Source: the human T2T-CHM13v2.0 reference genome, Homo sapiens
NCBI RefSeq assembly: GCF_009914755.1
Contig: NC_060928.1
Reading direction: 5' to 3' (one strand)
DNA length: 64,000 nucleotides
Numbering within the stretch: the stretch's first letter is position 1; each line of letters starts with the position of its first letter. A program made the position numbers and the translations under genes. The notes beneath the pieces were generated by a model. It saw only the letters and a program-made list of their open reading frames with translations, did no database searches and was not told the origin of the DNA. Positions 1 through 12,300 of the stretch are shown here, piece by piece.

Positions 1-417
1 CATTGCTTGGATACAGCATTTTGGAAACATTCCTTGAGTAGAATCTGCAAGTTGATATTTAGGTAGATTTGAAGATTTCGTTGGAAAAGGGAATATCTCC
101 ATAGAAAATCTAGAGGGAAGCATTCTCAGAAACTGCTTTGTGATGTTTCCATTCAAGTCACAGAGTTGAATATTCCCTTTTATAGAGCACGTTTGAAACA
201 CTCTTTCTGCACTATCTGGAAGTGGACATTTCGAGCGCTTTGAGGCCTATGGTGAAAAAGGAAATATCTTCCCATAAAAACTAGACAGAAGCATTCTCAG
301 AAACTTGTTTGTGATGTGTGTATTCAACTAACAGAGTTGAACTTTTGTTTTTACAGAGCCGTTTTAAAATACTCTTTTTGTGGAATCAGAAAGTGGATAT
401 TCGGATGGCTCTGAGGA

Positions 418-434
418 TTTCGTTGGAAGCGGGA
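418..434 (+). promoter_or_regulatory. CENP-B box, m1 (intact; recurs in every unit)
   Basis: TTTCGTTGGAAGCGGGA matches the YTTCGTTGGAARCGGGA consensus. Confidence 0.93.
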
Positions 435-755
435 TTACATATAAAATCTAGAGAGAAGCATTCTCAGGAACTTCTTTGTGATGTTTGCATTGAAGTCACA
501 GAATTGAACATTCACTTTGATAGAGCAGGTTTGAAACACTCATTCTGTAGTATCTGGAAGTGGACATTTCAAGCGCTTTCAGGCCTATGGTGAGAAAGGA
601 AATATCTTCGAATAAAAACTAGACAGAAGCATCCTCAGAAACTTATTTGTGATGTGTGTCCTCAACTAACAGAGTTGAAACTTTGTTTTGATACAGCATT
701 TTGGAAACACTCTTTTTGTAGAATCTGCAGGTGGATATTTGGATAGCTTAGAGGG

Positions 756-772
756 ATTCGTTGGAAAGGGGA
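756..772 (+). promoter_or_regulatory. Degenerate CENP-B box, m3
   Basis: ATTCGTTGGAAAGGGGA: the essential CGGG is changed to GGGG, so predicted non-binding. Confidence 0.8.
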
Positions 773-925
773 TATCTTCATATAAAATCTAGACAGAAGC
801 ATTCTCAGAAACTTATTTGTGATGTGTGTCCTCAACTAACAGAGTTGAACCTTGGTTTTGATACAGCATTTTGGAAACACTCCTTTTGTAGAATCTGCAG
901 GTGGATATGTGGATAGCTCTGAAGA

Positions 926-942
926 TTTCGTTGGAAACGGGA
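926..942 (+). promoter_or_regulatory. CENP-B box, m4 (intact)
   Basis: TTTCGTTGGAAACGGGA. Confidence 0.93.
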
Positions 943-1266
943 ATTTCTTCATATAAAATCAAACAGAAGCATTCTCAGAAACTTCTCAGTGATGTTTGCA
1001 TTCAGCTCATGGAGTTGAACACTTCCTTTCATAGAGCCGGTTTGAAACACTCTTTCTGCACTACCTGGAAGAGGACATTTCGAGCGCTTTGAGTCCTATG
1101 GTGAAAAAGGAAATATCTTCTCATAAAAACCAGAAAGAAGCATTCTCAGAAACTTCTTTGTGTTGTGTGTACTCATGTAACAGTGTTGAACCATCCTTTT
1201 GACAGAGCAGTTTTGAAACACTCTTTTTGTAGAATCTGCAAGTGGATATTTGGATAGCTTTGAGGA

Positions 1267-1283
1267 TTTCGTTGGAAACGGGA
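1267..1283 (+). promoter_or_regulatory. CENP-B box, m6 (intact)
   Basis: TTTCGTTGGAAACGGGA. Confidence 0.93.
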
Positions 1284-1604
1284 TGACATATAATATCTAG
1301 AGAGAAGCATACTCAGGAACTTCTTTGTGATGTTTGCATTCAAGTCACAGAATTGAACATTCCCTTTCATAGAGCAGGTTTGAAACACTCTTTCTCTAGT
1401 ATCTGGAAGTGGGCATTTCAAGCGCTTTCAGGCCTATGGAGAGAAAGGAAATACCTTCAAATAAAAACTAGACAGAAGCATTCTCAGAAACTTATTTGTG
1501 ATGTGTGTCCTCAACTAACAGAGTTGAACCTTTGTTTTGATACAGCATTTTGGAAACACTCCTTTTGTAGAATCTGCAGGTGGATATTTGGATAACTTTG
1601 AAGA

Positions 1605-1621
1605 TTTCGTTGGAAACCGGA
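1605..1621 (+). promoter_or_regulatory. Degenerate CENP-B box, m8
   Basis: TTTCGTTGGAAACCGGA: CGGG changed to CCGG. Confidence 0.8.
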
Positions 1622-1947
1622 ATATCTTCATATAAAATCAAGACAGAAGCATTCTCGGAAACATCTCTGTGATGTTTGCATTCAACTCAGTAGAGTTGAA
1701 CACTTCCTTTCATAGAGCAGGTTTGAAACACTCTTTCTGCACTACCTGGAAGCGGACATTTCGAGCGCTTTGAGGCCTATGGTGAAAAAGGAAATATCTT
1801 CTCATAAAAACCAGAAAGAAGCATTCTCAGAAACTTCTTTGTGTTGTGTGTACTCAAGTAACAGTGTTGAACCTTCCTTTTGACACAGCTGTTTTGAAAC
1901 ACTCTTTTGGTAGAATCTGCAAGTGGATATTTGGATAGGTTTGAGGA

Positions 1948-1964
1948 TTTCGTTGGAAACGGGT
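1948..1964 (+). promoter_or_regulatory. CENP-B box, m10 (core intact)
   Basis: TTTCGTTGGAAACGGGT keeps the nine essential bases NTTCGNNNNANNCGGGN; only the last base differs from consensus. Confidence 0.85.
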
Positions 1965-2117
1965 TATCTTCATATAAAATCCAGACAGGAGCATTCTCAG
2001 AAACTTCTTTGTGCTGCATGTCCTCAATTCACAGAGCTGAACCTTTGTTTGGATACAGCATTTTGGAAACATTCCTTTAGTAGAATCTGCAAGTTGATAT
2101 TTAGATAGCTTTGAAGA

Positions 2118-2134
2118 TTTCGTTGGAAACGGGA
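2118..2134 (+). promoter_or_regulatory. CENP-B box, m11 (intact)
   Basis: TTTCGTTGGAAACGGGA. Confidence 0.93.
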
Positions 2135-2457
2135 ATATCTTCATAGAAAATCTAGACGGAAGCATTCTCAGAAACTGCTTTGTGATGTTTGCATTCAAGT
2201 CACAGAGTTGAATATTCCCTTTTATAGAGTAGGTTTGAAACACTCTTTCGGCACTACCTGGAAGTGGATATTTCGAGCTCTTTGAGGCCTATGGTTAAAA
2301 GGAAATATCTTCCCATAAAAACTAGACAGAAGCCGTCTCAGAAACTTGTTTGTGATGTGTGTATTCAACTACCAGAGTTGAACATTTCTGTTACAGAGCA
2401 ATTTTAAAACACTCTTTTTGTGGAATCTGAAAGTGGATAATTGGATAGCTTTGTGGA

Positions 2458-2474
2458 TTTCGTTGGAAACGGGA
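2458..2474 (+). promoter_or_regulatory. CENP-B box, m13 (intact)
   Basis: TTTCGTTGGAAACGGGA. Confidence 0.93.
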
Positions 2475-2795
2475 TGACGTATAAAATCTAGAGAGAAGCA
2501 TTCTCAGGAACTTCTTTCTGATGTTTGCATTCAAGTCACAGAATTGAACATTCCTTTTCATAGTGCAGGTTTGAAACACTCTTTCTGTAGTATCTGGAAG
2601 TGGACATTTCAAGCGCTTTCAGGCCTACGGGGAGAAAGGAAATATCTTCAAATAAAAACTAGACAGAAGGATTCTCAGAAACTTATTTGTGATGTGTGTC
2701 CTAAACGAACACAGTTGAACCTTTGTTTTGATACAGCATTTTGGAAACACTCCTTTTGTAGGATCTGCAGGTGGATATTTGGATAGATTTTAAGA

Positions 2796-2812
2796 TTTCG
2801 TTGGAAACGGGA
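2796..2812 (+). promoter_or_regulatory. CENP-B box, m15 (intact)
   Basis: TTTCGTTGGAAACGGGA. Confidence 0.93.
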
Positions 2813-3137
2813 GTTTCTTCATAGAAACTCAAGACAGATGCATTCTCAGAAACATCTCTGTGATGTTTGCATTCCACTCATAGAGTTGAAAACTTCCTTT
2901 CATAGAGCAGGTTTGAAACACTCTTTTTGTAATATTTGGAAGTGGACATTTGCAGCGCTTTGAGGCCTATGGTGAAAAAGGAAATATCTTCTCATAAAAA
3001 CCAGAAACAAGCATTCTCAGAAACTTCTTTTTGATGTGTGTACTCAAGTAACAGAGTTGAACCTTCCTTTTGACACAGCAGTTTTGAAACAATCTTTTTG
3101 TAGAATCTGCAAGTGGATATTTGGATAGCTTTGAGGA

Positions 3138-3154
3138 TTTCGTTGGAAACGGGA
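3138..3154 (+). promoter_or_regulatory. CENP-B box, m17 (intact)
   Basis: TTTCGTTGGAAACGGGA. Confidence 0.93.
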
Positions 3155-3307
3155 TATCTTCATATAAAATCTAGACAGAAGCATTCTCAGAAACTTCTTT
3201 GTGCTGTATGTCCTCAATTAACAGAGTTGAACCATTGCTTGGATACAGCATTTTGGAAACATTCCTTGAGTAGAATCTGCAAGTTGATATTTAGATAGAT
3301 TTGAAGA

Positions 3308-3324
3308 TTTCGTTGGAAAAGGGA
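3308..3324 (+). promoter_or_regulatory. Degenerate CENP-B box, m18
   Basis: TTTCGTTGGAAAAGGGA: CGGG changed to AGGG (also at 76-92). Confidence 0.8.
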
Positions 3325-6300
3325 ATATCTCCATATAAAATCTAGAGGGAAGCATTCTCAGAAACTGCTTTGTGATGTTTCCATTCAAGTCACAGAGTTG
3401 AATATTCCCTTTTATAGAGCACGTTTGAAACACTCTTTCTGCACTATCTGGAAGTGGACATTTCGAGCGCTTTGAGGCCTATGGTGAAAAAGGAAATATC
3501 TTCCCATAAAAACTAGACAGAAGCATTCTCAGAAACTTGTTTGTGATGTGTGTATTCAACTAACAGAGTTGAACTTTTGTTTTTACAGAGCCGTTTTAAA
3601 ACACTCTTTTTGTGGAATCAGAAAGTGGATATTCGGATGGCTCTGAGGATTTCGTTGGAAGCGGGATTACATATAAAATCTAGAGAGAAGCATTCTCAGG
3701 AACTTCTTTGTGATGTTTGCATTGAAGTCACAGAATTGAACATTCACTTTGATAGAGCAGGTTTGAAACACTCATTCTGTAGTATCTGGAAGTGGACATT
3801 TCAAGCGCTTTCAGGCCTATGGTGAGAAAGGAAATATCTTCGAATAAAAACTAGACAGAAGCATCCTCAGAAACTTATTTGTGATGTGTGTCCTCAACTA
3901 ACAGAGTTGAAACTTTGTTTTGATACAGCATTTTGGAAACACTCTTTTTGTAGAATCTGCAGGTGGATATTTGGATAGCTTAGAGGGATTCGTTGGAAAG
4001 GGGATATCTTCATATAAAATCTAGACAGAAGCATTCTCAGAAACTTATTTGTGATGTGTGTCCTCAACTAACAGAGTTGAACCTTGGTTTTGATACAGCA
4101 TTTTGGAAACGCTCCTTTTGTAGAATCTGCAGGTGGATATGTGGATAGCTCTGAAGATTTCGTTGGAAACGGGAATTTCTTCATATAAAATCAAACAGAA
4201 GCATTCTCAGAAACTTCTCAGTGATGTTTGCATTCAGCTCATGGAGTTGAACACTTCCTTTCATAGAGCCGGTTTGAAACACTCTTTCTGCACTACCTGG
4301 AAGAGGACATTTCGAGCGCTTTGAGTCCTATGGTGAAAAAGGAAATATCTTCTCATAAAAACCAGAAAGAAGCATTCTCAGAAACTTCTTTGTGTTGTGT
4401 GTACTCATGTAACAGTGTTGAACCTTCCTTTTGACACAGCAGTTTTGAAACACTCTTTTGGTAGAATCTGCAAGTGGATATTTGGATAGCTTTGAGGATT
4501 TCGTTGGAAACGGGATGACATATAATATCTAGAGAGAAGCATACTCAGGAACTTCTTTGTGATGTTTGCATTCAAGTCACAGAATTGAACATTCCCTTTC
4601 ATAGAGCAGGTTTGAAACACTCTTTCTCTAGTATCTGGAAGTGGGCATTTCAAGCGCTTTCAGGCCTATGGAGAGAAAGGAAATACCTTCAAATAAAAAC
4701 TAGACAGAAGCATTCTCAGAAACTTATTTGTGATGTGTGTCCTCAACTAACAGAGTTGAACCTTTGTTTTGATACAGCATTTTGGAAACACTCCTTTTGT
4801 AGAATCTGCAGGTGGATATTTGGATAACTTTGAAGATTTCGTTGGAAACCGGAATATCTTCATATAAAATCAAGACAGAAGCATTCTCGGAAACATCTCT
4901 GTGATGTTTGCATTCAACTCAGTAGAGTTGAACACTTCCTTTCATAGAGCAGGTTTGAAACACTCTTTCTGCACTACCTGGAAGCGGACATTTCGAGCGC
5001 TTTGAGGCCTATGGTGAAAAAGGAAATATCTTCTCATAAAAACCAGAAAGAAGCATTCTCAGAAACTTCTTTGTGTTGTGTGTACTCAAGTAACAGTGTT
5101 GAACCTTCCTTTTGACACAGCAGTTTTGAAACACTCTTTTGGTAGAATCTGCAAGTGGATATTTGGATAGGTTTGAGGATTTCGTTGGAAACGGGTTATC
5201 TTCATATAAAATCCAGACAGGAGCATTCTCAGAAACTTCTTTGTGCTGCATGTCCTCAATTCACAGAGCTGAACCTTTGTTTGGATACAGCATTTTGGAA
5301 ACATTCCTTTAGTAGAATCTGCAAGTTGATATTTAGATAGCTTTGAAGATTTCGTTGGAAACGGGAATATCTTCATAGAAAATCTAGACGGAAGCATTCT
5401 CAGAAACTGCTTTGTGATGTTTGCATTCAAGTCACAGAGTTGAATATTCCCTTTTATAGAGTAGGTTTGAAACACTCTTTCGGCACTACCTGGAAGTGGA
5501 TATTTCGAGCTCTTTGAGGCCTATGGTTAAAAGGAAATATCTTCCCATAAAAACTAGACAGAAGCCGTCTCAGAAACTTGTTTGTGATGTGTGTATTCAA
5601 CTACCAGAGTTGAACATTTCTGTTACAGAGCAATTTTAAAACACTCTTTTTGTGGAATCTGAAAGTGGATAATTGGATAGCTTTGTGGATTTCGTTGGAA
5701 ACGGGATGACGTATAAAATCTAGAGAGAAGCATTCTCAGGAACTTCTTTCTGATGTTTGCATTCAAGTCACAGAATTGAACATTCCTTTTCATAGTGCAG
5801 GTTTGAAACACTCTTTCTGTAGTATCTGGAAGTGGACATTTCAAGCGCTTTCAGGCCTACGGGGAGAAAGGAAATATCTTCAAATAAAAACTAGACAGAA
5901 GGATTCTCAGAAACTTATTTGTGATGTGTGTCCTAAACGAACACAGTTGAACCTTTGTTTTGATACAGCATTTTGGAAACACTCCTTTTGTAGGATCTGC
6001 AGGTGGATATTTGGATAGATTTTAAGATTTCGTTGGAAACGGGAGTTTCTTCATAGAAACTCAAGACAGATGCATTCTCAGAAACATCTCTGTGATGTTT
6101 GCATTCCACTCATAGAGTTGAAAACTTCCTTTCATAGAGCAGGTTTGAAACACTCTTTTTGTAATATTTGGAAGTGGACATTTGCAGCGCTTTGAGGCCT
6201 ATGGTGAAAAAGGAAATATCTTCTCATAAAAACCAGAAACAAGCATTCTCAGAAACTTCTTTTTGATGTGTGTACTCAAGTAACAGAGTTGAACCTTCCT

Positions 6301-9300
6301 TTTGACACAGCAGTTTTGAAACAATCTTTTTGTAGAATCTGCAAGTGGATATTTGGATAGCTTTGAGGATTTCGTTGGAAACGGGATATCTTCATATAAA
6401 ATCTAGACAGAAGCATTCTCAGAAACTTCTTTGTGCTGTATGTCCTCAATTAACAGAGTTGAACCATTGCTTGGATACAGCATTTTGGAAACATTCCTTG
6501 AGTAGAATCTGCAAGTTGATATTTAGATAGATTTGAAGATTTCGTTGGAAAAGGGAATATCTCCATATAAAATCTAGAGGGAAGCATTCTCAGAAACTGC
6601 TTTGTGATGTTTCCATTCAAGTCACAGAGTTGAATATTCCCTTTTATAGAGCACGTTTGAAACACTCTTTCTGCACTATCTGGAAGTGGACATTTCGAGC
6701 GCTTTGAGGCCTATGGTGAAAAAGGAAATATCTTCCCATAAAAACTAGACAGAAGCATTCTCAGAAACTTGTTTGTGATGTGTGTATTCAACTAACAGAG
6801 TTGAACTTTTGTTTTTACAGAGCCGTTTTAAAACACTCTTTTTGTGGAATCAGAAAGTGGATATTCGGATGGCTCTGAGGATTTCGTTGGAAGCGGGATT
6901 ACATATAAAATCTAGAGAGAAGCATTCTCAGGAACTTCTTTGTGATGTTTGCATTGAAGTCACAGAATTGAACATTCACTTTGATAGAGCAGGTTTGAAA
7001 CACTCATTCTGTAGTATCTGGAAGTGGACATTTCAAGCGCTTTCAGGCCTATGGTGAGAAAGGAAATATCTTCGAATAAAAACTAGACAGAAGCATCCTC
7101 AGAAACTTATTTGTGATGTGTGTCCTCAACTAACAGAGTTGAAACTTTGTTTTGATACAGCATTTTGGAAACACTCTTTTTGTAGAATCTGCAGGTGGAT
7201 ATTTGGATAGCTTAGAGGGATTCGTTGGAAAGGGGATATCTTCATATAAAATCTAGACAGAAGCATTCTCAGAAACTTATTTGTGATGTGTGTCCTCAAC
7301 TAACAGAGTTGAACCTTGGTTTTGATACAGCATTTTGGAAACGCTCCTTTTGTAGAATCTGCAGGTGGATATGTGGATAGCTCTGAAGATTTCGTTGGAA
7401 ACGGGAATTTCTTCATATAAAATCAAACAGAAGCATTCTCAGAAACTTCTCAGTGATGTTTGCATTCAGCTCATGGAGTTGAACACTTCCTTTCATAGAG
7501 CCGGTTTGAAACACTCTTTCTGCACTACCTGGAAGAGGACATTTCGAGCGCTTTGAGTCCTATGGTGAAAAAGGAAATATCTTCTCATAAAAACCAGAAA
7601 GAAGCATTCTCAGAAACTTCTTTGTGTTGTGTGTACTCATGTAACAGTGTTGAACCATCCTTTTGACAGAGCAGTTTTGAAACACTCTTTTTGTAGAATC
7701 TGCAAGTGGATATTTGGATAGCTTTGAGGATTTCGTTGGAAACGGGATGACATATAATATCTAGAGAGAAGCATTCTCAGGAACTTCTTTGTGATGTTTG
7801 CATTCAAGTCACAGAATTGAACATTCCCTTTCATAGAGCAGGTTTGAAACACTCTTTCTCTAGTATCTGGAAGTGGGCATTTCAAGCGCTTTCAGGCCTA
7901 TGGAGAGAAAGGAAATACCTTCAAATAAAAACTAGACAGAAGCATTCTCAGAAACTTATTTGTGATGTGTGTCCTCAACTAACAGAGTTGAACCTTTGTT
8001 TTGATACAGCATTTTGGAAACACTCCTTTTGTAGAATCTGCAGGTGGATATTTGGATAACTTTGAAGATTTCGTTGGAAACCGGAATATCTTCATATAAA
8101 ATCAAGACAGAAGCATTCTCGGAAACATCTCTGTGATGTTTGCATTCAACTCAGTAGAGTTGAACACTTCCTTTCATAGAGCCGGTTTGAAACACTCTTT
8201 CTGCACTACCTGGAAGCGGACATTTCGAGCGCTTTGAGGCCTATGGTGAAAAAGGAAATATCTTCTCATAAAAACCAGAAAGAAGCATTCTCAGAAACTT
8301 CTTTGTGTTGTGTGTACTCAAGTAACAGTGTTGAACCTTCCTTTTGACACAGCTGTTTTGAAACACTCTTTTGGTAGAATCTGCAAGTGGATATTTGGAT
8401 AGGTTTGAGGATTTCGTTGGAAACGGGTTATCTTCATATAAAATCCAGACAGGAGCATTCTCAGAAACTTCTTTGTGCTGCATGTCCTCAATTCACAGAG
8501 CTGAACCTTTGTTTGGATACAGCATTTTGGAAACATTCCTTTAGTAGAATCTGCAAGTTGATATTTAGATAGCTTTGAAGATTTCGTTGGAAACGGGAAT
8601 ATCTTCATAGAAAATCTAGACGGAAGCATTCTCAGAAACTGCTTTGTGATGTTTGCATTCAAGTCACAGAGTTGAATATTCCCTTTTATAGAGTAGGTTT
8701 GAAACACTCTTTCGGCACTACCTGGAAGTGGATATTTCGAGCTCTTTGAGGCCTATGGTTAAAAGGAAATATCTTCCCATAAAAACTAGACAGAAGCCGT
8801 CTCAGAAACTTGTTTGTGATGTGTGTATTCAACTACCAGAGTTGAACATTTCTGTTACAGAGCAATTTTAAAACACTCTTTTTGTGGAATCTGAAAGTGG
8901 ATAATTGGATAGCTTTGTGGATTTCGTTGGAAACGGGATGACGTATAAAATCTAGAGAGAAGCATTCTCAGGAACTTCTTTCTGATGTTTGCATTCAAGT
9001 CACAGAATTGAACATTCCTTTTCATAGTGCAGGTTTGAAACACTCTTTCTGTAGTATCTGGAAGTGGACATTTCAAGCGCTTTCAGGCCTATGGGGAGAA
9101 AGGAAATATCTTCAAATAAAAACTAGACAGAAGGATTCTCAGAAACTTATTTGTGATGTGTGTCCTAAACGAACACAGTTGAACCTTTGTTTTGATACAG
9201 CATTTTGGAAACACTCCTTTTGTAGGATCTGCAGGTGGATATTTGGATAGATTTTAAGATTTCGTTGGAAACGGGAGTTTCTTCATAGAAACTCAAGACA

Positions 9301-12300
9301 GATGCATTCTCAGAAACATCTCTGTGATGTTTGCATTCCACTCATAGAGTTGAAAACTTCCTTTCATAGAGCAGGTTTGAAACACTCTTTTTGTAATATT
9401 TGGAAGTGGACATTTGCAGCGCTTTGAGGCCTATGGTGAAAAAGGAAATATCTTCTCATAAAAACCAGAAACAAGCATTCTCAGAAACTTCTTTTTGATG
9501 TGTGTACTCAAGTAACAGAGTTGAACCTTCCTTTTGACACAGCAGTTTTGAAACAATCTTTTTGTAGAATCTGCAAGTGGATATTTGGATAGCTTTGAGG
9601 ATTTCGTTGGAAACGGGATATCTTCATATAAAATCTAGACAGAAGCATTCTCAGAAACTTCTTTGTGCTGTATGTCCTCAATTAACAGAGTTGAACCATT
9701 GCTTGGATACAGCATTTTGGAAACATTCCTTGAGTAGAATCTGCAAGTTGATATTTAGATAGATTTGAAGATTTCGTTGGAAAAGGGAATATCTCCATAT
9801 AAAATCTAGAGGGAAGCATTCTCAGAAACTGCTTTGTGATGTTTCCATTCAAGTCACAGAGTTGAATATTCCCTTTTATAGAGCACGTTTGAAACACTCT
9901 TTCTGCACTATCTGGAAGTGGACATTTCGAGCGCTTTGAGGCCTATGGTGAAAAAGGAAATATCTTCCCATAAAAACTAGACAGAAGCATTCTCAGAAAC
10001 TTGTTTGTGATGTGTGTATTCAACTAACAGAGTTGAACTTTTGTTTTTACAGAGCCGTTTTAAAACACTCTTTTTGTGGAATCAGAAAGTGGATATTCGG
10101 ATGGCTCTGAGGATTTCGTTGGAAGCGGGATTACATATAAAATCTAGAGAGAAGCATTCTCAGGAACTTCTTTGTGATGTTTGCATTGAAGTCACAGAAT
10201 TGAACATTCACTTTGATAGAGCAGGTTTGAAACACTCATTCTGTAGTATCTGGAAGTGGACATTTCAAGCGCTTTCAGGCCTATGGTGAGAAAGGAAATA
10301 TCTTCGAATAAAAACTAGACAGAAGCATCCTCAGAAACTTATTTGTGATGTGTGTCCTCAACTAACAGAGTTGAAACTTTGTTTTGATACAGCATTTTGG
10401 AAACACTCTTTTTGTAGAATCTGCAGGTGGATATTTGGATAGCTTAGAGGGATTCGTTGGAAAGGGGATATCTTCATATAAAATCTAGACAGAAGCATTC
10501 TCAGAAACTTATTTGTGATGTGTGTCCTCAACTAACAGAGTTGAACCTTGGTTTTGATACAGCATTTTGGAAACACTCCTTTTGTAGAATCTGCAGGTGG
10601 ATATGTGGATAGCTCTGAAGATTTCGTTGGAAACGGGAATTTCTTCATATAAAATCAAACAGAAGCATTCTCAGAAACTTCTCAGTGATGTTTGCATTCA
10701 GCTCATGGAGTTGAACACTTCCTTTCATAGAGCCGGTTTGAAACACTCTTTCTGCACTACCTGGAAGAGGACATTTCGAGCGCTTTGAGTCCTATGGTGA
10801 AAAAGGAAATATCTTCTCATAAAAACCAGAAAGAAGCATTCTCAGAAACTTCTTTGTGTTGTGTGTACTCATGTAACAGTGTTGAACCATCCTTTTGACA
10901 GAGCAGTTTTGAAACACTCTTTTTGTAGAATCTGCAAGTGGATATTTGGATAGCTTTGAGGATTTCGTTGGAAACGGGATGACATATAATATCTAGAGAG
11001 AAGCATTCTCAGGAACTTCTTTGTGATGTTTGCATTCAAGTCACAGAATTGAACATTCCCTTTCATAGAGCAGGTTTGAAACACTCTTTCTCTAGTATCT
11101 GGAAGTGGGCATTTCAAGCGCTTTCAGGCCTATGGAGAGAAAGGAAATACCTTCAAATAAAAACTAGACAGAAGCATTCTCAGAAACTTATTTGTGATGT
11201 GTGTCCTCAACTAACAGAGTTGAACCTTTGTTTTGATACAGCATTTTGGAAACACTCCTTTTGTAGAATCTGCAGGTGGATATTTGGATAACTTTGAAGA
11301 TTTCGTTGGAAACCGGAATATCTTCATATAAAATCAAGACAGAAGCATTCTCGGAAACATCTCTGTGATGTTTGCATTCAACTCAGTAGAGTTGAACACT
11401 TCCTTTCATAGAGCCGGTTTGAAACACTCTTTCTGCACTACCTGGAAGCGGACATTTCGAGCGCTTTGAGGCCTATGGTGAAAAAGGAAATATCTTCTCA
11501 TAAAAACCAGAAAGAAGCATTCTCAGAAACTTCTTTGTGTTGTGTGTACTCAAGTAACAGTGTTGAACCTTCCTTTTGACACAGCAGTTTTGAAACACTC
11601 TTTTGGTAGAATCTGCAAGTGGATATTTGGATAGCTTTGAGGATTTCGTTGGAAACGGGTTATCTTCATATAAAATCCAGACAGGAGCATTCTCAGAAAC
11701 TTCTTTGTGCTGCATGTCCTCAATTCACAGAGCTGAACCTTTGTTTGGATACAGCATTTTGGAAACATTCCTTTAGTAGAATCTGCAAGTTGATATTTAG
11801 ATAGCTTTGAAGATTTCGTTGGAAACGGGAATATCTTCATAGAAAATCTAGACGGAAGCATTCTCAGAAACTGCTTTGTGATGTTTGCATTCAAGTCACA
11901 GAGTTGAATATTCCCTTTTATAGAGTAGGTTTGAAACACTCTTTCGGCACTACCTGGAAGTGGATATTTCGAGCTCTTTGAGGCCTATGGTTAAAAGGAA
12001 ATATCTTCCCATAAAAACTAGACAGAAGCCGTCTCAGAAACTTGTTTGTGATGTGTGTATTCAACTAACAGAGTTGAACATTTCTGTTACAGAGCAATTT
12101 TAAAACACTCTTTTTGTGGAATCTGAAAGTGGATAATTGGATAGCTTTGTGGATTTCGTTGGAAACGGGATGACGTATAAAATCTAGAGAGAAGCATTCT
12201 CAGGAACTTCTTTCTGATGTTTGCATTCAAGTCACAGAATTGAACATTCCTTTTCATAGTGCAGGTTTGAAACACTCTTTCTGTAGTATCTGGAAGTGGA

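Larger units (their letters stand above)
292..3523 (+). repeat. Reference 19-mer HOR unit (H1)
   Basis: Monomer starts read directly: 292, 459, 630, 800, 970, 1141, 1308, 1479, 1650, 1822, 1992, 2163, 2333, 2499, 2670, 2841, 3012, 3182, 3353; the next unit starts at 3524. Box-type order is B A B B A B A B A B B A B A B A B B A (11 B-type, 8 A-type). Confidence 0.95.

Noticed and set aside
228-250. Short dyads such as TTTCGAGCGCTTTGAGGCCT in A-type monomers as cruciform or terminator elements
   Set aside because: Only 6-bp palindromes (AGCGCT, AGGCCT) common to alphoid consensus; too short to support a structure claim without folding calculations.
438-447. TATAAAA TATA-like motifs after CENP-B boxes as promoters
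   Set aside because: Part of the AT-rich monomer consensus, repeated hundreds of times. Centromeric transcription exists, but sequence alone gives no support for specific promoters here.
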